Positions 1 to 11,910 of a stretch of 64,000 nucleotides of DNA are shown here, one piece after another (the stretch's first letter is position 1; each line of letters starts with the position of its first letter). Source of the stretch: Octopus sinensis (lineage: Eukaryota); contig NC_042998.1 in NCBI RefSeq assembly GCF_006345805.1, forward strand, positions 100,750,001 through 100,814,000. Direction: 5' to 3'. The notes under the pieces are model-generated. The model saw only the letters and a program-made list of their open reading frames with translations, was not told the DNA's origin and did no database searches. The position numbers were made by a program, and so were the translations under genes.

Positions 1-207
1 AACTGATGTTTCCAAGAATCACATCAAGTTCTAGTGTCTGCTTAGCATGACTTTTATGGCTGGACACCCTTCCTAACACCAACATGGTTTATATATCTGT
101 CCATACACATGTCCATTTTATGTATAATTATGGAGAAAAACTGTGAAGCATTAAGTTGAAGGATCACTTACCACCTTTCAGACAAAACATTTTTTTATAT
201 TTAAAAA

Positions 208-524
208 GCACAGGCATAACTGGTGGTAAGAAGCTTGCTTCTAAACCACATGACTCAAGGTTCAGTCCTACTGTAACATCAGGCCAACTAAAGCCTTGTG
301 AGTAGATTTAGTAGATGGAAACCAAAAAGAAGCCTGTTGTATTTATAGGTATATGTCTATGTGTGTTTTTGTTTTTGTCCTCTATCACTACTTGTGGGTT
401 TGTTTATGTCCCTGCAACTTATCTGCAGTAAATAAGTGCTGGGGTTAATTTGTTTGATAAAAATCCTTCAAAGTAGTGCCCCAGCACAGCCATGATCCAA
501 TGACTGAAACAAATAAAAAGAAAA
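208..524 (+). mobile_element. tRNA-derived SINE, family A (CORE-like, dominant family), decayed copy with internal deletion
   Basis: Head ..tggtggtaagaagcttgc..ggttcagtcc, body gccttgtgagtagatttagtagatggaaac..gaagcc, tail gtgccccagcacagcc..tgactgaaac; aligns by eye with the fuller copies at 34676-35079 and 57050-57453. Confidence 0.75.
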
Positions 525-1271
525 GGCAAAGGTTGAGTGCTACCTTGAAGTATTTCTTTAGTAGCCCTTATTATCAGATCAATGAAGGCTATGAAGCTAA
601 AACTTTGAAGTAAATTCTATCTTTTCCTTGTAAAAATGATGTCAGAAGCCTAAGAACTCCTCTAATTGTTACTTCGAGTTTAATGTTTCTGATTTTACAG
701 ATGGTACTGAAGATTAGAACAAGAATGTCCATCTAATCTTAAATAGAAAAAGCTGACAGAAAACTGGGGGAAATGCAGGCAATCTTGAATGTGATACTGG
801 ACTTTGATTGGACACTGAACCCAAGATTATTATATTGGTTTATTTTTCTAACATGACTGGGTGAATATACAGGGTGAATGTGTGTGGAAAGCGTATATAC
901 TTTTGCTTTATGAGAACAGAGTATAGTAAATTAAAGATGAATGATATAAAAAACTGTTATGAAAAATATTTTTGGGAAAAATAAAAACATTTGAGACTGG
1001 AATTATATGTATGAATACTGATATTATTTACAGGAGAAAATTTCCTCAAATTGTGTGTATGTATACATGTGGAGCTATTCAGAAATTTGCCCAATGTGCT
1101 GTACATGCAATGCATTGGGACTGAACCTGAAACTATATGGTTGTAAAGTGACCTACAAACCACACAGCCATGCCTGTACTACACACAGACACACACATGC
1201 ACATGTGTGCGTGCACAATTACATACACATATACACACATATATACACATACATATATACATATACAGAAA

Positions 1272-1480
1272 GGTATTAGGAAGTGCATTGGGTATTAGGA
1301 AGTGCATCCAACAAGTACTAGGAAGTGCATCCTTGGTATTAGGAAGTGCATCCAACTGTAGAAACCATGCCAAAGCAGAGAGTAGAGCTTGGTGCAGTTC
1401 TCTGGCATACCAGCCCCTGTCAAACTGTGCAACCTATGCTAGCATGGAAGGTGGATGTTAAATGATGGTGATGATGATGA
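1272..1480 (+). mobile_element. RTE LINE 3'-tail remnant with 4x reiterated ttaggaagtgcat motif
   Basis: aggaag.gcatcca.ctgtagaaacc ... cctatgctagcatggaag ... (GAT)n matches the tail of the RTE copies in this window. Confidence 0.75.
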
Positions 1481-2016
1481 TACTATGCATTCATACACAC
1501 ACACATAGAGATAAACACCCACAAACTCGAATGTCTACAGAAATAAGCACACATATATATCTGTACTGGCACAACAAGCCTTGAACCAAAAGTCACAAAA
1601 CTACTGACATCACTGATTATTTAGTTACATGCAAAGTTGATGTATTATTTTACCAAACTTAACCCAGGAACATGATAAATTAAAAACTTTAAAAAGCAAA
1701 AAACTAAACCAATAAATTTGAGAAATGAAGCTTATTTTTATTTCATTATTCAGATATTTAAATTTGATTATTTGTTTAGCCAAGTGAATTGACAGAAGTA
1801 AAGTGTTGCACTAAATTTTCTTGAAGTATTCAGTTTCGACCTTCTAAGGTTTGGCTTAAAATCTCACAAGCAATTGCTTTTAAATTCTTTCAGATTAGGG
1901 TTAGGGCTGAAATAGTTGAGTGCAACACTGAATGCTTTTCACTATTTAGTTCCAGCTATTAGCATTCTGAGTTCAAATGCTGGTGCAGCTGGTTTTTATC
2001 TTTCATTTCTCTAGAG

Positions 2017-2449
2017 CAGTATTTCTCAACCATTTTTTTTTATCTATGGAACCCTTTGGACTCTCTAGTAATTCAATGCTGAAAAAAAATCATATTGTTT
2101 ATGATTAACCCTTTAGCATCCTAATTACTCTGTCAAATATAATGATTATCTTGAATCAATCCTGTATTATCTTGTAGCTCCAAGATTTTGATGATGTAAT
2201 AACACATGTTTAGAATGACAATGTAGGCAAGGTGTGAGAGGCTAGATCTAGCTAGTATGAACATTAAAAACAGATAAAATATTTTGGTTGTATATGACCA
2301 GTTTAAACACTAAGGGGTTAAATATTATTCAGAATTGTATTAAAAAGATTTGTTAAAATGTTTTGTGTATTGTAGAGGTGTAACCAATTTATTGCACATA
2401 ACTTTTAACAACAAAATCTTGTGGGGCACACAAGGTATGACAACCACTA
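2017..2449. mobile_element. hAT (Charlie/Buster-like) non-autonomous DNA transposon
   Basis: Exact 8-bp TSD ctctagag at 2009-2016 and 2450-2457 (NTCTAGAN is the Charlie/Buster target consensus); degenerate TIRs cagtatttctcaacc / ggtatgacaaccacta. Confidence 0.75.
2105..2321. mobile_element. piggyBac-type MITE family P1 nested in the hAT element
   Basis: TTAA-CCCTTTAGCA...ACTAAGGGG-TTAA ends; body is the reverse complement of the copy at 22256-22482. Confidence 0.75.
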
Positions 2450-2533
2450 CTCTAGAGAGTGATTAAATAAGTGTAACTCATATATTAGGGAAAAATCAAT
2501 AATATATATCCCTTTCCCCAAGGAAACTGGCAG

Positions 2534-2722
2534 TTGTTTAGCCCCAGGTCAACCTTGATTCAGAAGGCCTTATGATCAAAGACATTCAAGACATGACCAT
2601 TTCATCTTTTATTCAGACATCATATATGTAGAACTACATTATATGATGTTTCCGTCAGTCTTTGCGGGTGTGATCTGATGGTGATATTGCTGCTATTTCT
2701 AGCATATCTAACAACCACACAC
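2534..2722 (+). repeat. Interspersed repeat family E (SINE-like; tagccccaggtcaaccytgat ... ctgctatttctagca)
   Basis: Same motifs recur at about 12135-12335, 12355-12600 (minus), 36795-37080, 37935-38160 (minus), 47555-47720, 56593-56790 and 58385-58565 (minus). Confidence 0.6.
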
Positions 2723-3296
2723 AGGTTCCCTCATAGGCTCTTATTTTCCTTAGCTTAAAGATAATGAGTTGAATGCCAAACATCTTTATTTTGTTGGGTG
2801 ATGGAAAGTTTATGAAAAAGAAATGTAAAATACTGTAATAAGTTTAATTAGGTTTAACTACTCTCTCCACACATACACACACACTACATACAATAAAAAA
2901 AAATAATAAATAAGCATTTTGTACTTAGTAACAAAACATTCTTTGTTATGTACTGTCTTGCTCATAAATTTGGTTTACAACTGTGACAACAAGACTTGAT
3001 ATATAGAGCACAATATGATATAATATACCAACTTACAGAATTCCTCCTTTGTTCTTTTATATACACTGGGAAGTGTATATTACTTATTAATTTTGTGAGT
3101 TGGTTGGTTGGTTAGTTGTGAATCTTGAATCTGGAGAAAAGAAAAAAAAAAGACAATGATATTTGCAACAACAGCAACTTTGTAAACTGGTATAATGAAC
3201 AAGACATTGGTCTTTGCTATCTTCCATACTTCCTTAGAAGACTAACAAATGGTTAATGTCATTTATCATCATCACTATCATTATAGTAATAGCAGC

Positions 3297-3513
3297 AAGG
3301 CAGTGAGCTGGCAGACTCATTAGCATGCCAGGCAAAATGCTTAGCACCATTTTGTCTGTCTTTATGTTTGGAGCTCAGATTCCACCGAGGTTGACTTTAT
3401 TAACTATCCTTTCAGTATCAAAAAAAAAATAAGTACCAGTAAAATACTGGGGTAGATGTAATTGACTTAACTCATCCCTCAAAAACTGCTGGCTCTGTGC
3501 TCAAATTTGAAAC
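3297..3513 (+). mobile_element. tRNA-derived SINE, family B (ggcggcgagctggcagaa head; gcctttcatcctttcggggtcgataa central motif)
   Basis: Head aaggcagtgagctggcag, B-box-like gagctcagattcc, central gaggttgacttt..atcctttc..aagtaccag; many other copies in the window. Confidence 0.75.
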
Positions 3514-3879
3514 ATTTGAAACTATTACATGAACAGTAGTATCATTGTTGTTAGTGTGCTAGAGACCAGTTGGGGGATGGGGGCATGGGGTAGGGATAAA
3601 AAAGACAAGAAATATATCTCTTTAAACTATAAACTATATTCTATCTTTTACTGCCTCTCCTTTTAAGAAACTTCATAGAATATTGAATTTAACTTAATTT
3701 GGGTTTTGAGTTATGCCATGCTGACAATCCCAAAAGAGGGTGAAAGAGTACTATACACATGACTAAAAACTTTAAGAAATTCATTTTATGTAAGAAAAAA
3801 AAATTAAATACACATGCTCTTCAGAATAACTAAGTTTAACCTAAGCAACCATGTGTTCAAAATGCCTTATATTATTTAG

Positions 3880-4400
3880 AATATTTTATCTACATCACAC
3901 GAGGTTCTGGGTTTGAAGCTCATTGGGAATGGCTTGGGGTTTCTTTTTATCCCTCTGGAGTTGATAAAATAAGTAACAATTAAGTTGAAAAAAAATAAAG
4001 TTTCTGTTCAGTAGTGGGGTTAATAAAATAAGTACAAATAAAATATTGAGGTTGATTTAACTGACACCTGTTAAGAACTAAGTGGGTGGATGATAGAATA
4101 AATACCTGTTAATAACTGGTAGTGGGAATTGGTAAAGCAAACATTAGTCAAATACAAGAACTGACCAAATAAATACCAATTATATAATGAAGTTGATCCG
4201 ATTTACACAGGTTAAGAACTGGTGGGGGGCTGATAAAATGAAATAGCATTTAAATACAGGAGTCAATAAAATACCAGTTAAAAACCTGAGGCAAAAATAT
4301 AATAAAATAAGCATTGGTTAAGTGCTGGGGAGAAGCAGTGGTCAATCTGACTGACTACAACCTTCAACAAAATTTATGACCATTTTGTCTATAATGGATA
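3880..4400 (+). repeat. Family B SINE remnant with internal degenerate tandem array
   Basis: About 7-8 variants of gataaaataagtaccagttaa..actgggg between 3960 and 4340, flanked by family B upstream (gaggttctgggtttgaag..ctttttatccctctggag) and downstream segments. Confidence 0.5.
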
Positions 4401-6223
4401 TTCATTCATTGGTCTGTGGATTGACAGAATCAGTAGAGTGTTGGACAAAATGCTTTGCAGTATTTAGTTACATAATTTTATATTCTTAGTTCATAGCTCG
4501 CAAGATGGGTGTAGGGAGAAAGTGATTTTGTTTCACATTCTTTTGGAGTCCACAAAATAAGTACCAGTTAAATACTGGGATGCTTAAATCAAATTATTTC
4601 AGACACTTGGCACAATAGTAAATTCTCAGCAAATAAAACCCAGAATCCAGTTTCAATGCCCATTTGGAATAGTTTCACTTATTATCACTGAACATCACAA
4701 TTCTTTCCTAATCTTACTTGCTGCTGTTGTTCTTGTTCTATGTGATGAGGTTGTTGTTGTTGTTATTATTATTATCATTATTATTATTGTTGATTGAGTG
4801 GAATAGAACTTAAACAAACAAGCTATAGATCTATGTCTTTGGTATCACTATATATCTGAAGTGAATACTTTGGCAAGTGTTTGCTAAGAAGGCACCACCC
4901 ACCCACCCACTCCCAATACTAACTCAGAGACCATCTAAAAGAAAAACAGAATCAAGAAATTTTAAACTACATTGTGCCTGTTTATAGTGGGAGAGTTAAG
5001 AATAGTCCCTTGTTTTGCTCAAAGAAAAACAGACAAATGATTGTGTGTGTGATCAAGAAAGATTTCCTTCTGCAGATAAGAATCAAATTTTTGAATTTGT
5101 TTTGTTTAGTTACATTTTAACTAGAAGTCTACAGCTGATCAAAAGCTGAAACATATTCTAATAGGATTTGCACTGATACATATTTCATTTTCTTTTTTCT
5201 TTGTTTATGAACATGTTTTAATCTAAACATTCTTTGCTATTAAAGCCAAAAACCAACTTAATATAGTGTTTTTTTTTCTTTCTTCTTTCAAACAGTTTTC
5301 AGTGTTAGACCTAATTATTGCTCACTTCAATAGCACCACCTGTCCCTTGGGCGTTTTTAGTAGCAAATGTCCTGGTCAGATTTCTGGTTTGAGATAATTT
5401 TGCCCTATCCTCTGATGACCAATCTTGGAGGTTTGAAAAATGGGTTGTGGGCACTGCCTTTCTTTTCTGATCTAAACCATTATATATTTTTGTGTTTTCT
5501 TTCTTATCACTTTTATTTTATGTCAATGAATATTTTATGTCAGCCATGCTTTTAAGCCTCTATTTTACAATGCAGACATGGTTCTGGGACGAGATATGTT
5601 GGCATACATTTTCGACTGTATTATCGTACTATCTGCCAACCTATACTAATTCAAACACACTTTCAGTGTTCTAACACTGAAGATTTCCTTAACACTACAA
5701 TAAAGCTGTGTTACTGTGATATGAACCAAAAGGCTGAACAGATACAGCCACTTGGCTATGAGAGACAGAAGTAGGTTTATACTGCCTTTATTCATCCTAT
5801 CCTTACTGTTATGGTTAATGTGGAAGCCACAACCTGTTCATTTGTCTTCATAAGCAACCTCCCTATTTGGCTAGGTGGTAGCAAATTCTATTAATGTGTG
5901 TAATTAGAAAGAGATAAAACACTGTTGCTGTGGTTTAACTGGAAGTCAGTCTTAAATGAACAAACCTAAGAATAAAAGTATTTCAGTTATAATCATCAGG
6001 TCTTTTCTTTTAATGATTACATTATCCAATTCAGTCATTTTTTTTGCAAATTGAAGGATGTGATTTTGTGATTTCATGGAGATTTGCCTACTATTTCTAA
6101 CATGTATGATTCCATAGAAGTCTTCTCATTGGTCAAGAGTGTATTTGTTGTTTGCTGTTGTTCAGGGCTCTTCTTGATATTTGTTTTTAGGATTGTCATC
6201 TATCAGGCAGTACCTTATCATAA

Positions 6224-6538
6224 GTGAAGGTGCATGGCTCAGTGGTTTGCACATTGGACTCACAGTCATGAAGTAGTGAGTTCAATTCCTGGACTAGGCT
6301 GTGTGTTGTGTTTATGAGCAAGACACTTTATTTCACGTTGCTCCAGTTCATTCAGCTTTAGGAAATGAGTTGTGACATTGCTGATGCCAAACTGTATTGG
6401 CTTTTGCCTTTCCCTTGGATAACATCAATGGTGTGGTATGCATGGGCTACAGCTGGTCTTCCATAAACAACTTTGCCTGGAGGGGAACTTTCTAGGTGCA
6501 ATTCCATGGACATTCATGACTGAAGGAGGTCTTTACCT
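6224..6538 (+). mobile_element. tRNA-derived SINE, family C (CORE-like), near full length
   Basis: A-box tggctcagtgg (6235-6245), B-box gttcaattcc (6280-6289), gagcaagacactttatttcacgttgctccag core; a partial second copy lies at about 38625-38765. Confidence 0.8.
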
Positions 6539-6875
6539 TATCATAAAGCGGAAGCTAGGAACCCTTTCTGGGTGCAATGAAGTGAATTGCCCTAATTTAT
6601 TACTAGATGCTGGTAATGCTGACCTTGCAAAGATGATTACATTTATTGATTTGTTCAAATAAAATGTGTATCTACTTGCTATGTCTTAAGAGAGATTGTC
6701 ATTTATATAGATATAATAATTCTAAAACAAAAATACCATATCCTTTTAGTTAACTAACATAAAATGACTAGACCAATCTATTGGCTTACCATTCTTTTCT
6801 AGAAAAAAAAAAGAAAAAACTGATCCCTTCAAGAATAAATAAAAATGTTATATTAAGGTTATCAATTTTAAGTTC

Positions 6876-7201
6876 AGAAGTAATGCTTATCGCCACTTAA
6901 AAATGGCTGTTCTGTAGGAATCGATATTACTGCTATTTTTAACCCGAGAAGGACCCCCTTCTCCAGCTGGTTATTTGATGCAATCTGCACCCCATATATA
7001 TTGTAAGCAGGGAAGTGAACCCCTAACATCTTCCAGCCATGGAGCCACCAGACTGTATGGCTTTGACCTCTTTGCAATATATATCAGGTGCAGATTGCAT
7101 TGAATAACCAGCTAGAGGAGGCGTCCTCCTGGGGTTAAAAAATGCAGTAACATCAGTTTCTACAGAACAGCCATATTCAAATGGCAATAAGTATTATTTC
7201 T
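6876..7201. repeat. Fold-back element / MITE-like inverted repeat (about 130-bp arms, 65-bp spacer)
   Basis: 6876-7006 is the reverse complement of 7072-7201 at roughly 80-85% identity by manual alignment. Confidence 0.85.
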
Positions 7202-9575
7202 CACAATAGTTACTGCTTTCATCTCTTATAAAGATTTTCTAACTAGCTCATTTTAAGTTCATCATCATCATAATCATTTTATGTCTTTTTTCCATGCTGG
7301 TAGGAATTGGAGGGTTTTTGACAGGAGCTGGCCACCAGGCTCCAATTGTCTGTTTTGGCATGGTTTCTATGACTAGATACCCTTCAAACATCAGCCACTT
7401 CACAGACTGTTCTGGGTGCTTCTGTTAAGGCAAACTATTTGTGTAGTTTGCTACTTTTATGATAGAACTGTGTTGCCAGTTACTTGAAACTCTTTGCTTC
7501 TAGATTTAAAGCAAAACTGTTTGTGTTGCCTGCTAAGTGAAATTGCATTGTCTGCTCGTTTTAGGGTAAAACTTTGTATTGTCTGCAAGTTAAAACTAAC
7601 TTGTGGAAAGTTATAGATTCAGTCATTCAATCATGTCTTTCTCTTCATGTAATTTCCAATAACAAAACTTCACCTTGAAGCTATCAGAAGCTTATTTTCT
7701 TTCTATGTACTTATATGTCATGAAATAAATGTCCCTTTGGACAGGATACAAAGTGAGTATCTCCAGGAGAGATTCAAAGCCAACTAAATTTAGTCTCAGC
7801 CTATCATTGCAAATATTTTTATTTTCTCAATCCTAGAGAGATAAATGAGAAACATCAACCCAAGTGGGATTTGAACTCTGAACAGAGAGGGGCTAAACTA
7901 AATAATGTAAGCTATTTAGTCTTAACGTTACTGTTTTTGCTAGTTTCAAGTATAAAACAAATAAATTAAATTTGTAAAATATATAAATAAATGTGAATAA
8001 AATTTTCTGTCTTGAAGTTTGTAGATTTAGTTTTCTATCCTTTCAAGTTTTGGGTTAAACAGTCATGTTATTGGGTTAGGTTTGGTAAATAATTCAATCA
8101 ACTTTAATGGAACTAGATAATAATAAATGGTGTCAGTGGTTAGGTGGATGTTGGTCTGAAGTTTCTTTTGCCAGTGTGTAGGTGTTTATATCTTGGGCTT
8201 GGAGGTTGAGAGGGTGGGGACTATGTGTATTTTGTGCAGGCACACACACACACACACACACACACAAAGTGAGAAGGAAAGAGAGATAGAGAGAATGAAA
8301 TGTGTATGGTAGCAGGGTAGGAATGAAAGCAGTAGCTATAGTGTGGAAGTAGATTAAAAAGTGTTCCTTTGTGTATCAGAGATAAGGGTAGGACTGTTTT
8401 CAAAGTAGAATTGACAGTGAAGACATTTAATCTAGCAGATAAAGAAAACATTCAGTGGACAGGTTCTGTTCCTGAAACCTCAATCAGTTCTAAGTAGATG
8501 GATAGAATGGGTATTTGTAGTTGTGTTCAGAGAGAGAGAGAGAGTGAGAAAGAGACAGAGAGAGGGCAGAATGAAAGTGGGTGAGAGGGCAAAAGAGAAA
8601 ATGGTGTTTATATATACAGTGGTCCTTATGGAATGTTCTCTAAATTACAAAAGTATTGTACAAGCCCACAAACACACATTCAGATACGTAATTTACACAA
8701 TTACACATGCAAAGACACAAAACTCATTGACACACACTTGCACAAACATACACATATATGCACAGACTCTCAAAGAGGCAGATATTTACAAGAGGACTTT
8801 AGCCTGAAAATGGCCACAGTTCACTGAAACAGAATCCATTTGTTTAAGTAAAGGGGTGGGTGGAATGAAACTCTATAGTAAAATAAATAAAATACCATAA
8901 AAAAGGGGTATGGAAGGGAACAAATAAACAAAAAAAAGCAAATAAAAAAAAACTTCTAAACAGTAATGATTAGTCTTGGAATAGTTAGAAAAATAAAATA
9001 AAGCACAAATAGAAATGTCAGAACCCCTCAAAGTATGGTGGTAGGTGAAAGGCTATAGTATTTTAAGTATTTAGTTAACAAGTGTTTTTTGTGAAGAATT
9101 CCTTTCAAAGTGGGGTTTTTTTTTCAAAGAAAACAAAATTAAAATTAAGAAAAAGTATTTGGTGTGTTTATTGGTGAAAGAAAGGACTAAATCAGACCTA
9201 ACCAGACATAGATCTACTCCCCCACACAATAAACAACAAAAACCACAAACTAAATGGTGTTTCTTCTAAACATTTTGGATTAAATAAAGATCTCTATGAA
9301 TGTATATATTAACTAACAGTGTCTTTGTTGTGTTGTGCAATAACCAATGACAAAGTAGACACCATTTCTCTCTGTCTATTTTTGTTAGTGTACTGTGCAA
9401 AAAATGTCAGGTTTTCAAATATGAAACATGTTTAAATTCTACTCACAGCTAAGACATTACACACACAAAATGGATTTTCTATATGGTTGTTTGACCTGTT
9501 AGAAATAGTCACCAAATTCCCATCATATCTTGTCCTGCCATTTTTATTATATGTGTGTGTATGTATACATATATA

Positions 9576-9606
<31 letters not shown>

Positions 9607-9697
9607 TATATAGAGAGAGAGGTTATAAGAGGTAATGGTGTCAATAAGACCCAAAGGTGTCAGGTAATGCTGAGTAGGTGCTATTGACTTACTATAT

Positions 9698-9736
9698 ACC
9701 TAATCCTGGAGCTATAGTTAAGCTCCAGGATTAGGT
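9698..9736. other. Perfect 16-bp hairpin (7-nt loop)
   Basis: acctaatcctggagct-atagtta-agctccaggattaggt. Confidence 0.9.
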
Positions 9737-9794
9737 GATTATGTGAATGAGGAATCCAACGTAGGTCATATATCAGCATGTGTACATATAAAAA

Positions 9795-10127
9795 AATTAA
9801 CAGAATGAGATATAAATCCAAGGCTGTGAAAGATTTTAGAACATTTATAAATAGAAGGTCTTACAGCTGTTTCCAGGATATTTTATATATCCCTTCATCG
9901 GAGATGGTGTGAGAAAATGGTTAAGCAATAGTTACTCTAGGTAAGATATGGAATAGAGAGTGAAGTGGAGGAATGAAAATAGATGTGAGATATGCAGGGA
10001 TATTGTATCTGTAGTTCCATTATTTAGGCAGAATGGTATATATAAAATATCCCGGAAACAGCTGTAAGACCTACTTATAACTGTTCTGTAATCTTTCACA
10101 GCCTTGGATTTTTATCTCATTCTGTTA

Positions 10128-10130
<3 letters not shown>
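9795..10130. repeat. Inverted repeat (about 95-bp arms, about 147-bp spacer), possibly Penelope-like terminal-repeat derived
   Basis: 9795-9890 is the reverse complement of 10038-10130; contains gaaacagctgta with a palindromic stem III motif. Confidence 0.8.
9859..9904 (-). ncRNA. Degenerate minimal hammerhead-like motif (core CCGAUGA, U4 to C)
   Basis: Minus strand: UCU-CCGAUGA-AG-GGAUAU/AUAAA/AUAUCC-UG-GAAAC-AGCU-GUA-AGA; stem II 6 bp, palindromic ACAGCUGU stem III, stem I only 3 bp. Confidence 0.4.
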
Positions 10131-10188
<58 letters not shown>

Positions 10189-10406
10189 AACCCATGCTAG
10201 CATGGAGAACGGACGTTAAACGATGATGATGATGACATATAATAGAAGTATGTTTATATATATATATATAAGTATATGAAAGAATGGAGTTGAACGACTA
10301 GTTAACAAATATCCTTTCAACCGTGTTCTTTCTGATGTGAATTTGCTACCCGGTATCGGTTATCTTTCGAATTATCCTTAATAAGATAATTCATTCAACT
10401 ACTCAA

Positions 10407-10508
<102 letters not shown>

Positions 10509-10799
10509 CGCGGAAAACGGACGTTAAACGATGATGATGATGACATATAATAGAAGTATGTTAAAAAAAGAAAATAGAAACTACATGTGGAAATGTAAGA
10601 AGAAAAATAAATGAAAATGCACATTGGAAATCAAAAAAAGTAAAGGCTTTTTATGAAAAGTAATGATAGATATATACAATTAGATGAACTGAGGTAGGAA
10701 TAAAAGTAATAAAAGTCATTATTGTGAATTGTTAAAGAGATTTAAAAGCATACCAGTTTCATAAATTTATTAACCATTGCTTTGAATGCACACTGATTA

Positions 10800-10857
<58 letters not shown>

Positions 10858-10871
10858 CATATATATATATG

Positions 10872-11490
10872 TCATCATCATCATTTAACATCTGCTTTCC
10901 ATGCTGGCATGACTTGACAGGAACTGGCAAGGCCAGGGGTTATACCAGGTTCCATAGTCTGTTTGGCTTGGTTTCTACAACTGGATTTTTTTTTAATGCC
11001 AACCACTTTATAGAGTATACTGGGTGCTTTTGCATAGTGGCACCATCACCAGTGCTTTTTTGTGACACCAGCACCGGTGCTTTTTATGTGGCACCATCAC
11101 CAGTGTGGCACCAGCACTAGTGCTTTTTATGTGGGACCAGCACTAGTGCTTTTTGTGTGGGACCAGCACCAGTGCTTTTGATGTGGTACCTTGGTTTTAG
11201 GATATCAATTCTGTTGTGGGTGGTTCTTGAGTACAGCAATGTGCCACATATCTTGCCCCTCTGTCATTTCTTCTGTAAAGCTCAACAATTTGAGATTGGC
11301 CTTCAATATTTTATACCATATCTCTCTGGGTCTCCCTCTTCCACACCTTCCTTCCACTTTAATTGATCAGCACTTTTTTATGCAACTGCCCTCATCCATC
11401 TGCATCACGTGACCAAACCAATGCAGTCTCCTCTTGTACACTGCATATAATTCTTCTTATGCCAAACTTTTCTCCTTTTTTGCTAAGGTA
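10872..11490 (-). mobile_element. Old RTE LINE 3' fragment (ORF end plus tail) with about 26-bp tandem units
   Basis: (CAT)n tail at 10872, tttccatgctggcatg, units caccagcacyagtgctttttatgtgg at about 11036-11190, then decayed ORF-end sequence similar to 16060-16260. Confidence 0.7.
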
Positions 11491-11689
11491 ATGCAAAAAG
11501 AATGAAGAAATGTTAAAGGAAACATTACTTGTCTTCAAAGTTAACAGCCCATCAGTTGCTTGAATTATATTTAGTGTGACTTTAATAAAGAACTTGTAAT
11601 AGTTGTTGTTATCATTCTGTGCATGGTGACTGTAGTAGTGTTGGTGCCAAAGTAAAAGAACCACAACACGGTGTAAAGAGGTTGGCTTT

Positions 11690-11910
11690 AGGTAGGGCAT
11701 CCAGTTGTAGAAAACATGTAATAGCAGACACTAGAGCACAAGTCAGTTCTTGGACCCATTGAATCCTGTCAAACCACCTAACCCATGCCAACATGGAACA
11801 AGGACACTAAGAGATGATGAGGATGAAGATGATAATGATGATGGTGACAATAATGATAATGACAATGATGATAATGAGGATGATGATGACAACAATGATG
11901 GTGATGATGA
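11690..11910 (+). mobile_element. RTE 3'-tail remnant with expanded, degenerate (GAT/GAC/AAT)n tail
   Basis: agggcatccagttgtagaaaac..cccatgccaacatggaa followed by about 95 nt of GAT-like triplets. Confidence 0.7.

Noticed and set aside
9698-9736. microRNA gene call for the 16-bp hairpin
   Set aside because: The stem is shorter than a typical pre-miRNA and I recognise no mature sequence; kept only as a structural observation.
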